Notes: generated by a model from the letters alone, not told the origin. DNA of 64,000 bases from an uncultured Chloroflexia bacterium (GCA_963847375.1 CAWJZO010000001.1:703986-767985), one strand, 5' to 3'. Shown: positions 49,356-58,452, numbered from the stretch's first letter. Translations and numbers: made by a program.

Positions 49356-50060
49356 TCACTCGAGGACCGCCGAGAAGAAGAAGGCGAGGGCGAATCCGAG
49401 GAGCGTGGCCAGCCCGACGCCCTTTCCGCCGGTCTCGTAGGCCTCGGGAAACATCGTGTCGGCCAGCATGGTCAGGATCGCGCCGGCGGCGAAGGCCTTC
49501 GCCAGTCCTCGGGGCTCGCCAGCCATCGAGCCGATGAGGACGAAGCCGATGGCCGCGGCGACGCCCGATGCGATGGCCACGCCGGACCACAGGCCGAGGA
49601 TCCATCGGATCGAGTGCCCGCCCGCACGCATGTCTCGAGCACCCGCGAGGCCTTCGGGCAGGTTCGACAGCAGCACGGCGACGAGGAACGAGACCGATAC
49701 GCCCGCACCACCGATCAGGGACGCGCCGAGCACGAACGACTCGGGCAGGCCGTCGAGCAGGGCGCCCAGGGCGATGGCCAGGCCGGCCGCTCCCGCCTTG
49801 CCGGCACCCGACTCGATGAGGACGTCGCCGATGAAGAAGGTCAGCCCGCCGGCAGCGAGACCGATGGCCGTAAGGACGGCCCCGCCCTCTGCAAAGGCCT
49901 CCTCGGTGAGGTCGAATGCCAGGGCGGAGACGAGCGCGCCCGCGCCGAAGCCCATGATCAGCGCGACGATCCGCCGCGGGATCGGCAGCCAGATGCCGAG
50001 GGCCGCGCCGAGCACGAGCGACGACCCGGCCAGCAGTCCCCAGAACCCGGCCTCCAGCAT
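49356..50060 (-). CDS. ZIP family metal (zinc) transporter
   Basis: Gly/Ala-rich TM helices. LDGLPESF and LSNLPEGL motifs. Confidence 0.8.
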   Translation of the reverse strand: MLEAGFWGLLAGSSLVLGAALGIWLPIPRRIVALIMGFGAGALVSALAFDLTEEAFAEGGAVLTAIGLAAGGLTFFIGDVLIESGAGKAGAAGLAIALGALLDGLPESFVLGASLIGGAGVSVSFLVAVLLSNLPEGLAGARDMRAGGHSIRWILGLWSGVAIASGVAAAIGFVLIGSMAGEPRGLAKAFAAGAILTMLADTMFPEAYETGGKGVGLATLLGFALAFFFSAVLE

Positions 50061-50063
50061 CGG

Positions 50064-50816
50064 TCAGTCCTCGCCGAACGGGTTCGGTCGTTTCGGGCCT
50101 TCGGGGGGCAGACGGAAGAGGTCGTCGGGATCGCCCTTCGGCGGCAGCGGCAGCGGCCAATCGTCACCCTCATCCGGCGTCGAAGCGCGCAGGAGGTCGG
50201 ACCAGGCGTCCGCATCGGTCTCACCCGTCAGCTCCCGCCGGTACACGGGGAATCGCTCGTCGCCGGCGACCCGCTCGAAGCCGGAGGCCTCGTACACCGA
50301 TGCCGGCCCGGGCGAGGGCAGCCACCCATCGTCTACCAACTCTGGGTACGCCTCCACGGCGATGATGCCGCGCCGGTCGAGCTCGTCGCAGACGCCGTTC
50401 AGCAGCTCGACCGCGGCTGGCTCGCGACTCTCGGTCCCCGCCACGACCTGGAGGCAGGTGATGACCCACGGCGCCGGCGAGTCAGGCAGCTGGGGATAGC
50501 GGTCGCGAATCGTCTGGGCGCGCGGGTACGCGCTCAGCGGGCCGAATTGCGCGTAGCCGATCGCGGTCCGGGCGACGGCATCGGTGCGATAGGCGAGCAT
50601 CCCGTACGAGCCGGCCAGGTCGCGAGCGCCCATCAGCCGCTGCCGCTTGAGACTCGCCCGCGTAGTCGTATCTGCGGCATCCGCGGCCGGTGCCTCCCGG
50701 CCGCCGTCGAGCCGCTCCCAGTAGTCGCAGGTCTGGCAACGAGCGCCGGGCTGTGCGGGGTTGGGGATGTCGTCGAAGCTGTCCTCGTCGAGCAGGACGA
50801 GCTCGAAGTCAGGCAT
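50064..50816 (-). CDS. hypothetical protein, GNAT-like acetyltransferase fold suspected
   Basis: N-terminal CQTCDYWE motif. Overlaps the hutH stop by 8 nt. Confidence 0.45.
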   Translation of the reverse strand: MPDFELVLLDEDSFDDIPNPAQPGARCQTCDYWERLDGGREAPAADAADTTTRASLKRQRLMGARDLAGSYGMLAYRTDAVARTAIGYAQFGPLSAYPRAQTIRDRYPQLPDSPAPWVITCLQVVAGTESREPAAVELLNGVCDELDRRGIIAVEAYPELVDDGWLPSPGPASVYEASGFERVAGDERFPVYRRELTGETDADAWSDLLRASTPDEGDDWPLPLPPKGDPDDLFRLPPEGPKRPNPFGED

Positions 50817-52344
50817 GTGCCCGCTGGGTCGCGCCGTTGGCGAGCAGCTCGCCGGAGTGGACGAGCTCCCAGGCGGCGGCGATGTCGGGCGACGGCGATC
50901 GGTCGGTGTCCAGGTGAGTCACGCGGGCGCGAAGGGCAGCATGGGCGGCTGCCACGCCGCCACCCGGCCGCAGCGGCGCCCGGAAGTCGATGCCCTGCGC
51001 GGCGCACAGCGCCTCGATCGCAATCACGTGCTCCGCGTGCTGGACGGCCGCTCGCAGGTGGAGCGCCGAGGTGGCACCCATGCTGACGTGGTCCTCCTGG
51101 TTCGCGCTGGTCGGGATGCTGTCGACCGACGACGGATGCGCCAGCGTCTGGAGCTCGTTGACGAGAGCGGCCGCACTGTAATGCGCGATCATCAGCCCGC
51201 TCTCGATGCCCGGCTGCTCGGCAAGGAAGGGCGGCAGGCCGGCCGACAGGTGCGCGTCGACGAGCCGTGCGGTGCGGCGCTCGGAGATCGACCCGAGCTC
51301 GGCGACCGCCATCGTCGCGTAGTCGAGCGCCAGCGCCAGGGGCTCGCCGTGGAAGTTGCCGCCGCTGATCACCTCGCCCGATGGGAAGACGAGCGGGTTG
51401 TCGGTGGCGGCGTTGAGCTCGATACGGAGGACCCGCTCGAGCTCGGCGAGCGCGTCACGCGCCGCGCCGTGCACCTGCGGCATGCAGCGGAGGCTGTAGG
51501 CGTCCTGCACGCGGTGCTCGGTGTCGGCTCGGTGCGATGCCCAGATCTCGCTGTCGGCCAGCAGCTCCCGGAGGTGCCGGGCCGATGCGACCTGCCCAGG
51601 ATGCGGCCTGGCGCCGACCAGCGCCTCGGCGAATGCGGCGCCGGTGCCGAGCATGGCCTCGAGGCTCATCGCCCCGACGACGTCGGCGGTCAGCGCCAGC
51701 CGCAGCGCGTCGTGATGGGCGAGCGCGCCGAGGCCGGCCATCAGCTGCGTCCCATTCAGCAGCGCCAGCCCCTCCTTGGCCTGGAGCTCGATCGGCTCGA
51801 GCCCGGCGCGCGCCAGCGCCTCACCCCCTGGACCGGGCCCCGCGCCGTCGACGGTGGCCTCGCCCTCGCCGATGAGCACGAGTGCGATGTGCGCCAGCGG
51901 AGCGAGGTCGCCGGATGCTCCCAGGCTGCCGCGCGAAGGCACGACCGGGTGGATCGCGGCGTTCAGCATCGCCGTCAGCAGCTCGACAACCTCGACGCGA
52001 ACCCCGGACAGCCCGACCGCCAGGGCGTTGGCGCGCAGGAGGAGCATCGCCCGCACGACCTCGTCGGGCAGCGGATCGCCGACGCCGGCGGCGTGCGATC
52101 GGACGAGATTGCGCTGAAGGGTGGCCGTCTGGCCAGGATCGACGCGCGTGTCGGCCAGGTCGCCGAACCCGGTGGTGACGCCGTAGACGGTCGCACCGTC
52201 GGCCACCAGTCGCTCGATCACGGCGCGTGACGCCCGCATCCGGTCCGCTGCCCCGGGGTCGAGTGCGATGGCCCGCCGGCCCCGCGCGACCTCGATGACG
52301 TTGTCGATGGTGAGGTCCCGGCCGGTCAACGGAAGGGGCGGCAT
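50809..52344 (-). CDS. hutH: histidine ammonia-lyase
   Basis: GSLGASGDLAPLAH (MIO-forming ASG), QEDHVSM. Confidence 0.95.
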   Translation of the reverse strand: MPPLPLTGRDLTIDNVIEVARGRRAIALDPGAADRMRASRAVIERLVADGATVYGVTTGFGDLADTRVDPGQTATLQRNLVRSHAAGVGDPLPDEVVRAMLLLRANALAVGLSGVRVEVVELLTAMLNAAIHPVVPSRGSLGASGDLAPLAHIALVLIGEGEATVDGAGPGPGGEALARAGLEPIELQAKEGLALLNGTQLMAGLGALAHHDALRLALTADVVGAMSLEAMLGTGAAFAEALVGARPHPGQVASARHLRELLADSEIWASHRADTEHRVQDAYSLRCMPQVHGAARDALAELERVLRIELNAATDNPLVFPSGEVISGGNFHGEPLALALDYATMAVAELGSISERRTARLVDAHLSAGLPPFLAEQPGIESGLMIAHYSAAALVNELQTLAHPSSVDSIPTSANQEDHVSMGATSALHLRAAVQHAEHVIAIEALCAAQGIDFRAPLRPGGGVAAAHAALRARVTHLDTDRSPSPDIAAAWELVHSGELLANGATQRAHA

Positions 52345-52350
52345 CGGTCC

Positions 52351-52356
52351 ATACTA
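52351..52356 (-). promoter_or_regulatory. -10-like TAGTAT, 6 nt before the hutH ATG (leaderless-type)
   Basis: Minus strand reads TAGTAT-ggaccg-ATG. Confidence 0.4.
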
Positions 52357-52362
52357 CGTTCC

Positions 52363-53232
52363 GTGCGACGGCTGCCGGACCTCATGAGCCGCCTCGTCGT
52401 TCACGACGAGGCCGCACATCGGCTGGGCGGAGCCGTCCCCAGCCCGGCCGCGGCGTTCCTCCTGTCGATGATCGCGCTGCCCGCGCTGTTCTGGCTGATC
52501 ATGCTCAAGCGCACCGTCACCGGCGGCTCCACCGTGCCCGAGGAGTGGCTGATGCGGACCGTCGTCGTGCCTGTCCACGTATGGGTCGAAGCCAACATCC
52601 CGATCCTCGACACCCTCATCATCGGCATCAGCGCGCTCGGCAGCGGCTGGTTCGTCGCGCTCGCCTTCGCCGCGCTCGGTCTGCTGGCCCTCTCGCGAGG
52701 ACGTCGCGACCTCGCGTTCCTCCTTGCCCTCGGCACGCTGTGCTTCCCGATGGAATGGGCGCTGAAGTACTTCACCTCGGCCGAGGCGATCAGCCTGCCG
52801 ACGCTCGTCAACGCCCTCTTCGACCTCAACGAGATCGGCCTCGACGACATCGCCGACTTTCCGGCGGGCCACGCACTGCGCGCCACCGTCCTCTATGGGC
52901 TGACGGCGTTCTGCGTCGCCCGCCTGGCGCACGACTTCCGCCAGGGCGTGAGCGCGTACGCCGCGGCGGTCGTCCTCATCGGTGCCATCAGCGCGACTCG
53001 CATCTACCTCGGCGCGCACTACCCGATCGACGTGCTCGGCGGCTGGATCGCCGGCGCCGCACTGCTGTCGATCCTCGTCGCCGTCCATGTTCTCCGCGTC
53101 GACGAGCGCGCGCATGAGCGCGAGCTCGCCCGGATGGAGTCCGGTCCCAGGCGTGTGGCGGTGCCGCGTCGCGTGGCTCCGCCCGCGGCCGCTCCGAACC
53201 AGGGCGCGCCGAACGAGCCGGTCGAGGGCTGA
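52363..53232 (+). CDS. PAP2 superfamily lipid phosphatase
   Basis: KYFTS…, FPAGHA, and RIYLGAHYPIDVLGGW match the PAP2 motifs KxxxxxxRP / PSGH / SRxxxxxHxxxD. Confidence 0.8.
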   Translation: MRRLPDLMSRLVVHDEAAHRLGGAVPSPAAAFLLSMIALPALFWLIMLKRTVTGGSTVPEEWLMRTVVVPVHVWVEANIPILDTLIIGISALGSGWFVALAFAALGLLALSRGRRDLAFLLALGTLCFPMEWALKYFTSAEAISLPTLVNALFDLNEIGLDDIADFPAGHALRATVLYGLTAFCVARLAHDFRQGVSAYAAAVVLIGAISATRIYLGAHYPIDVLGGWIAGAALLSILVAVHVLRVDERAHERELARMESGPRRVAVPRRVAPPAAAPNQGAPNEPVEG

Positions 53233-53280
53233 TCGCTGCTCGACTTCATCGACCGCGAGGTCATCCCGTTCGTCCTCTCG

Positions 53281-53919
53281 ATGTACGACGCGGTCGGCTA
53301 CGTCGGTGTGGCCGTCGCTGTGGCGCTCGAGACGATCGTGGCGCCGATTCCTTCCGAGGTGATCCTGCCGATGGCCGGCTGGAAGGTCAGCCAGTCGGCG
53401 ACGGACCCATCGGTCGTCGAGCCGCTCACCGGCCTACCCTGGAACTTCCTGCTGACCGTCGCGTTCGCCACCCTCGGCAGCCTGATCGGCGCGCTGGTCG
53501 GCTACGCCATCGGCCTCTGGGGTGGCCGACCCCTGCTGGACCGATACGGACGCTACGTCGGGATCGGTGCCGACGACCTGAATCGGGCGGACCGTTGGTT
53601 CGAGCGCTGGGGCTCGTGGGCCGTCTTCCTCGGCCGGATGGTGCCGCTCGTGCGCACGTTCGTCAGCTATCCCGCCGGCATCGCCCGCATGCCGATCGGC
53701 CGCTTCGTCCTCTTCAGCACGCTCGGCTCGCTGCCCTGGAACGCGGCGCTCATCGGCGCCGGGTTCGTGGTCGGCGAGAACTACCAGCAGATCGAGGCGG
53801 CCATCAAGCCGTACGAGTACCTGATCTACGCCGTCGTCATCGGCCTCGTGGTCCTGCTGATCATGCGCTGGCAGCTCGGAAAGGGCCGTCGCTCCGGTGG
53901 TCCCGCGTCGGAAGTCTGA
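53281..53919 (+). CDS. DedA family membrane protein
   Basis: LETIVAPIPSEVILPMAG…GRMVPLVRTFVSYPAGI. Same frame as PAP2, separated by one TGA. It may start upstream at CTG 53236. Confidence 0.8.
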   Translation: MYDAVGYVGVAVAVALETIVAPIPSEVILPMAGWKVSQSATDPSVVEPLTGLPWNFLLTVAFATLGSLIGALVGYAIGLWGGRPLLDRYGRYVGIGADDLNRADRWFERWGSWAVFLGRMVPLVRTFVSYPAGIARMPIGRFVLFSTLGSLPWNAALIGAGFVVGENYQQIEAAIKPYEYLIYAVVIGLVVLLIMRWQLGKGRRSGGPASEV

Positions 53920-53947
53920 GCCGATCTGTCGCCCGAACCCGGCCTGG

Positions 53948-53979
53948 CTGGGTCGTCCGGCGGGATTTCGACGACCCGG
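53948..53979 (+). terminator. stem-loop 30 nt after the DedA stop
   Basis: GGGTCGTC-cggcgggatttc-GACGACCC. No U-tract. Confidence 0.3.
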
Positions 53980-54048
53980 CGGCCGGTCACACCTGCAGTT
54001 GACCTCGATAGGCGCAACTGCCACGATCGGCCCAATCGAACCATCCAT

Positions 54049-54209
54049 CGTCTTCGGGGCGGGGTGAAAGTCCCCACCGGCGGTCGGCTCGCTGAACGGC
54101 GAGCCAGCCCGCGAACCGCATCGATCCAGCTACCGATGCGGCCGACCTGACCTCCGGCGCTCGCCGGGGCAGACAGGGCCGACGGTGACAGTCCGGAAGG
54201 GAGAAGACG
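54049..54209 (+). promoter_or_regulatory. FMN riboswitch (RFN element)
   Basis: cgTCTTCGGGGCGGGGTGAAAGTCCCCACCGGCGGT…AGCCCGCGAAC…GGCCGACGGTGACAGTCCGGAAGGGAGAAGAcg. Matches the conserved RFN cores, with the P1 helix CGTCTTC/GAAGACG. Confidence 0.9.
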
Positions 54210-54310
54210 AGCGCGCTCCGCGAGCGCCCGGCGTCGCTGCGACGCTGGCCATCGCGTGGGTCGCGGTCCGATGCCCCGTGCGCGATGGCCCACCACGTCA
54301 CGGAGCCACG

Positions 54311-55129
54311 ATGTCACGGAACCCCACCGGACTCGGCATCTCACTCGCCGGTGTCGACGCGCGCTTCGCGACGGCGGGCGGTGCGATCGATGCGCTCGCC
54401 CGGCTGGACCTGGAGGTCACGGCTGGCTCGTTCACCGTGGTGATCGGCCCGAACGGCTGTGGCAAGAGCACGCTGCTGCGGGTCGTCGCCGGGCTCAAGA
54501 CACCGGATGCGGGCGCCGTTGCGGTGGGCGGCGCCCAGCCGAAAGCCGGCGACGGGCGGGTCGGCCTTGCCTTCCAGCAGCCGCGCCTCGTGCCGTGGCG
54601 TTCGGTGCTCGACAACGCGGCGCTGCCGATGGAGCTGGCGGGCGTCGAGCCGGACGAGCGTCGGGCTCGGACCATCGACGTGCTCGAGCGGGTCGGGCTC
54701 ACGAAGGTTGCGCGGCTGAAGCCGCGCGAGCTGTCCGGCGGCCTGGCCCAGCGCGTGGGCCTGGCACGGGCGCTCGTCGTCGACCCGCCAGTGCTTCTGC
54801 TCGACGAACCGTTCAGCGCGCTCGATGCCCTGACTCGGGAGACATTCGACGCCGAGCTCCAGCGCCTCTGGCTCGAGCGGCCGCGGACCGTCATCCTTGT
54901 CACGCACAGCGTCGCCGAGGCGGTCGCCCTCGCCGATCGGGTCGTAATCATGACTCCGCGTCCAGGGCGGGTCGCGCGGATCGTCGAGGTGGACCTCCCA
55001 CGTCCGCGACCGGTGGCGTTGCCCGGCGACCCGCACGCCGCGGAGCTGGCGGCCGAGGTGCGCGAGGCGCTCGCATCGGTCCATGCCCTCGAGCTACGGC
55101 CATGGGCCGAGGCGCCGGAGGTGGCATGA
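54311..55129 (+). CDS. ABC transporter ATP-binding protein (NitT/TauT family)
   Basis: Walker A GPNGCGKST, signature LSGGLAQRV, Walker B LLLDEP. Confidence 0.9.
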   Translation: MSRNPTGLGISLAGVDARFATAGGAIDALARLDLEVTAGSFTVVIGPNGCGKSTLLRVVAGLKTPDAGAVAVGGAQPKAGDGRVGLAFQQPRLVPWRSVLDNAALPMELAGVEPDERRARTIDVLERVGLTKVARLKPRELSGGLAQRVGLARALVVDPPVLLLDEPFSALDALTRETFDAELQRLWLERPRTVILVTHSVAEAVALADRVVIMTPRPGRVARIVEVDLPRPRPVALPGDPHAAELAAEVREALASVHALELRPWAEAPEVA

Positions 55130-55869
55130 AGCGCATCGGTTCCGCGCTGCTGAGCCTCGCGGTCTTCCTCGCGATCTGGAAGGTGGTCACGGTCGTCGGG
55201 GATCTTCCCGAGTACATCCTGCCCGCGCCGGAGGTCGTCGCGGAGCGTGCCGCTCGAGCGATCGAGTCGGGCGTGCTCTGGCCGCACGTCGGCGTCACTC
55301 TCGTCGAGATCGTGCTCGGCTTCGTCATCGGTGCGATCGTCGCCATCGGGGTCGGCATCGCGCTGGCCAAGAGCCTTGCCATCGAGCGCGCGCTGTCGCC
55401 CTACATCGTCGCCGCACAGGCGATCCCGATCCTGGCACTCGCGCCGCTGCTGGACATCTGGTTCGGCGGCGGGCTGTCGGCGCGGGTGGTGGTGTGCGCG
55501 CTCATCGTCTTCTTTCCGATCACGATCGCCACGATGGTCGGCATCCGCGCGACCGATCCGCTCCTCGCCGAGATGCTCCGCAGCCTCGGCGCCACTCCGG
55601 CCCAGCGCACTCGCCTGCTCGAGATCCCCTCGGCATTGCCGGTCATCTTCGGGGGGCTGCGGGTCGGCGTGACCCTGGCGGTCATCGGTGCGGTCGTGGC
55701 CGAGTGGGCCTCCGCCGGCGACACCGGCGTCGGCGTGCTCATCAACATCGCCAACCAGGGGCTCTTCGACACCCCGCTCATGTTCGTCGCCCTCACCGTG
55801 CTGGCGATCATCGGCCTCGTCTTCTACGGCGGGGTGGTGATCGTCGAGCGGCGGCTCGTCAGCCAATGA
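55126..55869 (+). CDS. ABC transporter permease (NitT/TauT family)
   Basis: Six TM helices. ATGA overlap with the ATPase gene. Confidence 0.9.
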   Translation: MKRIGSALLSLAVFLAIWKVVTVVGDLPEYILPAPEVVAERAARAIESGVLWPHVGVTLVEIVLGFVIGAIVAIGVGIALAKSLAIERALSPYIVAAQAIPILALAPLLDIWFGGGLSARVVVCALIVFFPITIATMVGIRATDPLLAEMLRSLGATPAQRTRLLEIPSALPVIFGGLRVGVTLAVIGAVVAEWASAGDTGVGVLINIANQGLFDTPLMFVALTVLAIIGLVFYGGVVIVERRLVSQ

Positions 55870-56876
55870 AAGGACTACCGATGCGCCCGACCCGCGCCCT
55901 CGTCTTCATGCTCGCCTTTGTCCTCGCGGCCTGCGCTGGTTCCCGATCGACCGGCGACGCATCCGCCGGAGAGCCGATGCGGGCCGTGACCCTGCTGCTC
56001 GGCTTCCGGCCGGACGTGCAGTTCGCGCCGTTCTACGTCGCCCAGCAGGAGGGCTTCTATGCCGATGCCGGCCTGGAAGTGACGATCGAGCATCGCCAGG
56101 CGCCGGACGTTCAGCGCCTGGTGGCCGACGGCCAGGCCGAGTTCGGCGTGGCCGATGCGACCGACGTGATGATCGCGCGCACCTCTGGCATCCCGATTCG
56201 CTATGTCTCGACGCTGTACCAGTCGTTTCCGGTGGCTCTGATCGGCGAGGACGGGACGGTCCCGGCCGATCCGGCCGAGCTGGCGGGCCTGCGGGTTGGG
56301 ACGCCGGGCCAGTTCGGCTCATCGTGGCACGCGCTGCTGGCGCTGCTCGACGCCGGCGGGTTGACCGCCGACGACATCAATGTGCGCGAGTACCCGCAGT
56401 TCAACCAGGTCGACGGGCTCTCGAACGGCGACGTCGACCTCATCACCGGCTTCCGCAACAACGAACCGCTCCAGCTCCAGGGTCGCGGCATGAGCGTCGA
56501 CCTGCTGACGGTCGATGAGGTGGCCCCGCTGCCGGGGCCCGGGATGATCGTCGGCGACGAGCTGCTCGCATCGGACCGCGAGCTCGTCCAGGCCTTCGTC
56601 GAGGCGACCGCTGCGGCACAGGCGGCGGTGATCTCCGATCCCGATCTTGGCTTCGCGGCCGCCGAGGCGGCCGTGCCGGAGATCGCCGAGAACCCGGACG
56701 TCGCCCGATCCGTCCTCGAGGCGACGGTCGAGCTGTGGGAAGGCGACGGGTTTGCCGGCGGCGCGATCGACGAGGAGCTATGGACGACCGGCTACGCGAT
56801 CATGGAGAACCTCGGCTTCATCGACGGATCGGTCCCGCTCTCCGAGATGATCGTCACCGACCTAGCCGGCGGCTGA
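55866..56876 (+). CDS. ABC transporter substrate-binding lipoprotein (NMT1/THI5-like); riboflavin-binding candidate
   Basis: Lipobox LAAC. LLLGFRPDVQFAPFYVAQQEGFY. ATGA overlap with the permease gene. Confidence 0.85.
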   Translation: MKGLPMRPTRALVFMLAFVLAACAGSRSTGDASAGEPMRAVTLLLGFRPDVQFAPFYVAQQEGFYADAGLEVTIEHRQAPDVQRLVADGQAEFGVADATDVMIARTSGIPIRYVSTLYQSFPVALIGEDGTVPADPAELAGLRVGTPGQFGSSWHALLALLDAGGLTADDINVREYPQFNQVDGLSNGDVDLITGFRNNEPLQLQGRGMSVDLLTVDEVAPLPGPGMIVGDELLASDRELVQAFVEATAAAQAAVISDPDLGFAAAEAAVPEIAENPDVARSVLEATVELWEGDGFAGGAIDEELWTTGYAIMENLGFIDGSVPLSEMIVTDLAGG

Positions 56877-57713
56877 CGCCCTCCGCTCGCCGGCCTCGAC
56901 GAGCTGGCGCAGCACCATCATCGGCGTCACCGGACCGATGCCACCCGGCACCGGGGTGATCGCCTTGGCCAGCGGAGCGACCTCGTCGAAGGCGACGTCG
57001 CCGACGATGCCGTCGGGCGTGGCGTTGATGCCGCAGTCGACGACGATCGCGCCGGGCGGGACCATCGGCCCGCGGATGAGTCCGGGCACGCCGGCGGCTG
57101 CGACGAGCAGGTCGGCGCGCTGCGTCTCCGCGACGAGGTCGCGGGTGGCGGTGTGGCAGACGACGACCGTGGCGTCGCGCGCCAGCAGCAGCGAGAACAC
57201 CGGGCGGCCGACCACGGCGGAGCGACCCACGATCACGGCGCGAAGGCCGGCCACCGGGACCTCGTACTCCTCGATGATGGCGATGACTGCCAGCGCGGTC
57301 GCGGGAACGAACGCGGGCTCGCCGCGCGCCAACCTTCCGGCACTCGTCGGCGTGGCGCCATCGACGTCCTTCTCCGGGTCGATGTGCTCGACCAGCTGGC
57401 GTCCCGCCGCGACGTCCTCGAACGGCTGCGCGACGACGATGCCGGCGACGCGCGGATCGTCGTTCAGCCGCTCGATGGCCGGGACGAGGGAGTCGCCGTC
57501 GACGATGGCCTCGGTGTCGACGCCGACGCTCTTTGCCGCGCGCTCGAGGCTGGCCGCGTACAGCGAGGCGGAGCCGTGGTGGCCGTCGCTCAGGATGGCG
57601 AGCACCGGCGGATGGCCGTGGCCGACGGTCGCGGCCAGCCGCTCGACCCGCTCCCGCAGCTCGGTCCGCAGGTGGCTCGCCAGCGCCCGCCCGTCGAGCA
57701 GCCGCGCCGTCAT
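56862..57713 (-). CDS. folD: bifunctional methylene-THF dehydrogenase / methenyl-THF cyclohydrolase
   Basis: DPEKDVDG, VIVGRSAVVGRP and TPVPGGIGPVT. Confidence 0.95.
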   Translation of the reverse strand: MTARLLDGRALASHLRTELRERVERLAATVGHGHPPVLAILSDGHHGSASLYAASLERAAKSVGVDTEAIVDGDSLVPAIERLNDDPRVAGIVVAQPFEDVAAGRQLVEHIDPEKDVDGATPTSAGRLARGEPAFVPATALAVIAIIEEYEVPVAGLRAVIVGRSAVVGRPVFSLLLARDATVVVCHTATRDLVAETQRADLLVAAAGVPGLIRGPMVPPGAIVVDCGINATPDGIVGDVAFDEVAPLAKAITPVPGGIGPVTPMMVLRQLVEAGERRASAAG

Positions 57714-58351
57714 CCGATGGCGCCCTCGACCCGCTCGCGGATCACGCGTTCGCGTGCGTCGAGGCCGTCGAGCAGACGCGCGACCTCGTCGGCGGCCTCC
57801 AGGCGCAGAGGGTCGTCGGCGTCCAGCGCGGGCAGGTTGATCCGGACATTGAGCACGGCGCCGTGCAAAGCGGCCGATGCCAGCAGCGCGCCGACCCCGA
57901 CGTCGCTGATCGCGTTGCGGCTGCCGATCGGCGCGAGCCGCTCCCCGAGCGAGAGGACCTGCTCGGCGAGCCGCGCGGTCTGCAGCGGGGCGCGCGTTGC
58001 CTCGCGGGTCGCGGCCGCGATCTGCACCGCGCGCGCCTCGCGCTCGAGGTCGGTGTCGCGGGGCAGCCGCCGTGCGCGGATGACGCCGTCGTAGGCGATC
58101 GAGTCGAGCTCGACGAGGTTGAGGAGCTCGGACTGGCAGCCTGCCGCGGCGACGGCGATCTCGGTCAGCTCAATCTCGTGGCCGGCGGCTGCGGGCCGGC
58201 CCGCGGTGAGGGCCACGACCATGCGCATCAGGCTGGCACTCATCGCGCCCGCGAGGGCGGCCGCGCTACCGCCGCCGGGGATCGGATCGTCGGTGGCCAT
58301 GCGCTCGATGAGCTCGCGCGCGGGCAGGTCGTTGAGGCGCTCCGCGTTCAT
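57710..58351 (-). CDS. formimidoyltetrahydrofolate cyclodeaminase
   Basis: PIPGGGSAAALAGAMSASL…NVRINL. 4-nt overlap with folD. Confidence 0.8.
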   Translation of the reverse strand: MNAERLNDLPARELIERMATDDPIPGGGSAAALAGAMSASLMRMVVALTAGRPAAAGHEIELTEIAVAAAGCQSELLNLVELDSIAYDGVIRARRLPRDTDLEREARAVQIAAATREATRAPLQTARLAEQVLSLGERLAPIGSRNAISDVGVGALLASAALHGAVLNVRINLPALDADDPLRLEAADEVARLLDGLDARERVIRERVEGAIG

Positions 58352-58452
58352 CCGTGGTTCTCCGGGTAGGGCGCCGCCACTCCATGCACGGAAACGGCCC
58401 AGGCTTGGCGGCGGCCGGGCCGAATTGTAGGCTGCGACGGGATCCTGGGCGG

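Noticed and set aside
53230-53232. The TGA between PAP2 and DedA as a selenocysteine codon.
   Set aside because: There is no SECIS-like hairpin immediately downstream, neither family is known to use selenocysteine, and no sel genes are in the window. An alternative start or a split fusion is more parsimonious.
56862-56876. The 15-nt convergent overlap of the ABC binding-protein and folD 3' ends, and the shared CTAG stop at 19601-19604, as regulatory antisense features.
   Set aside because: Short 3'-end overlaps are common in compact high-GC genomes, and no associated structure was seen.
58352-58452. ZTP or THF riboswitch upstream of the cyclodeaminase-folD operon.
   Set aside because: Pieces resembling ZTP motifs (GGAGTGGCGG…ACCCGGAGA, GCCTGGGCC) are present, but in the wrong order relative to the ZTP consensus, and no convincing pseudoknot partner exists. 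Only a cmsearch could settle it.
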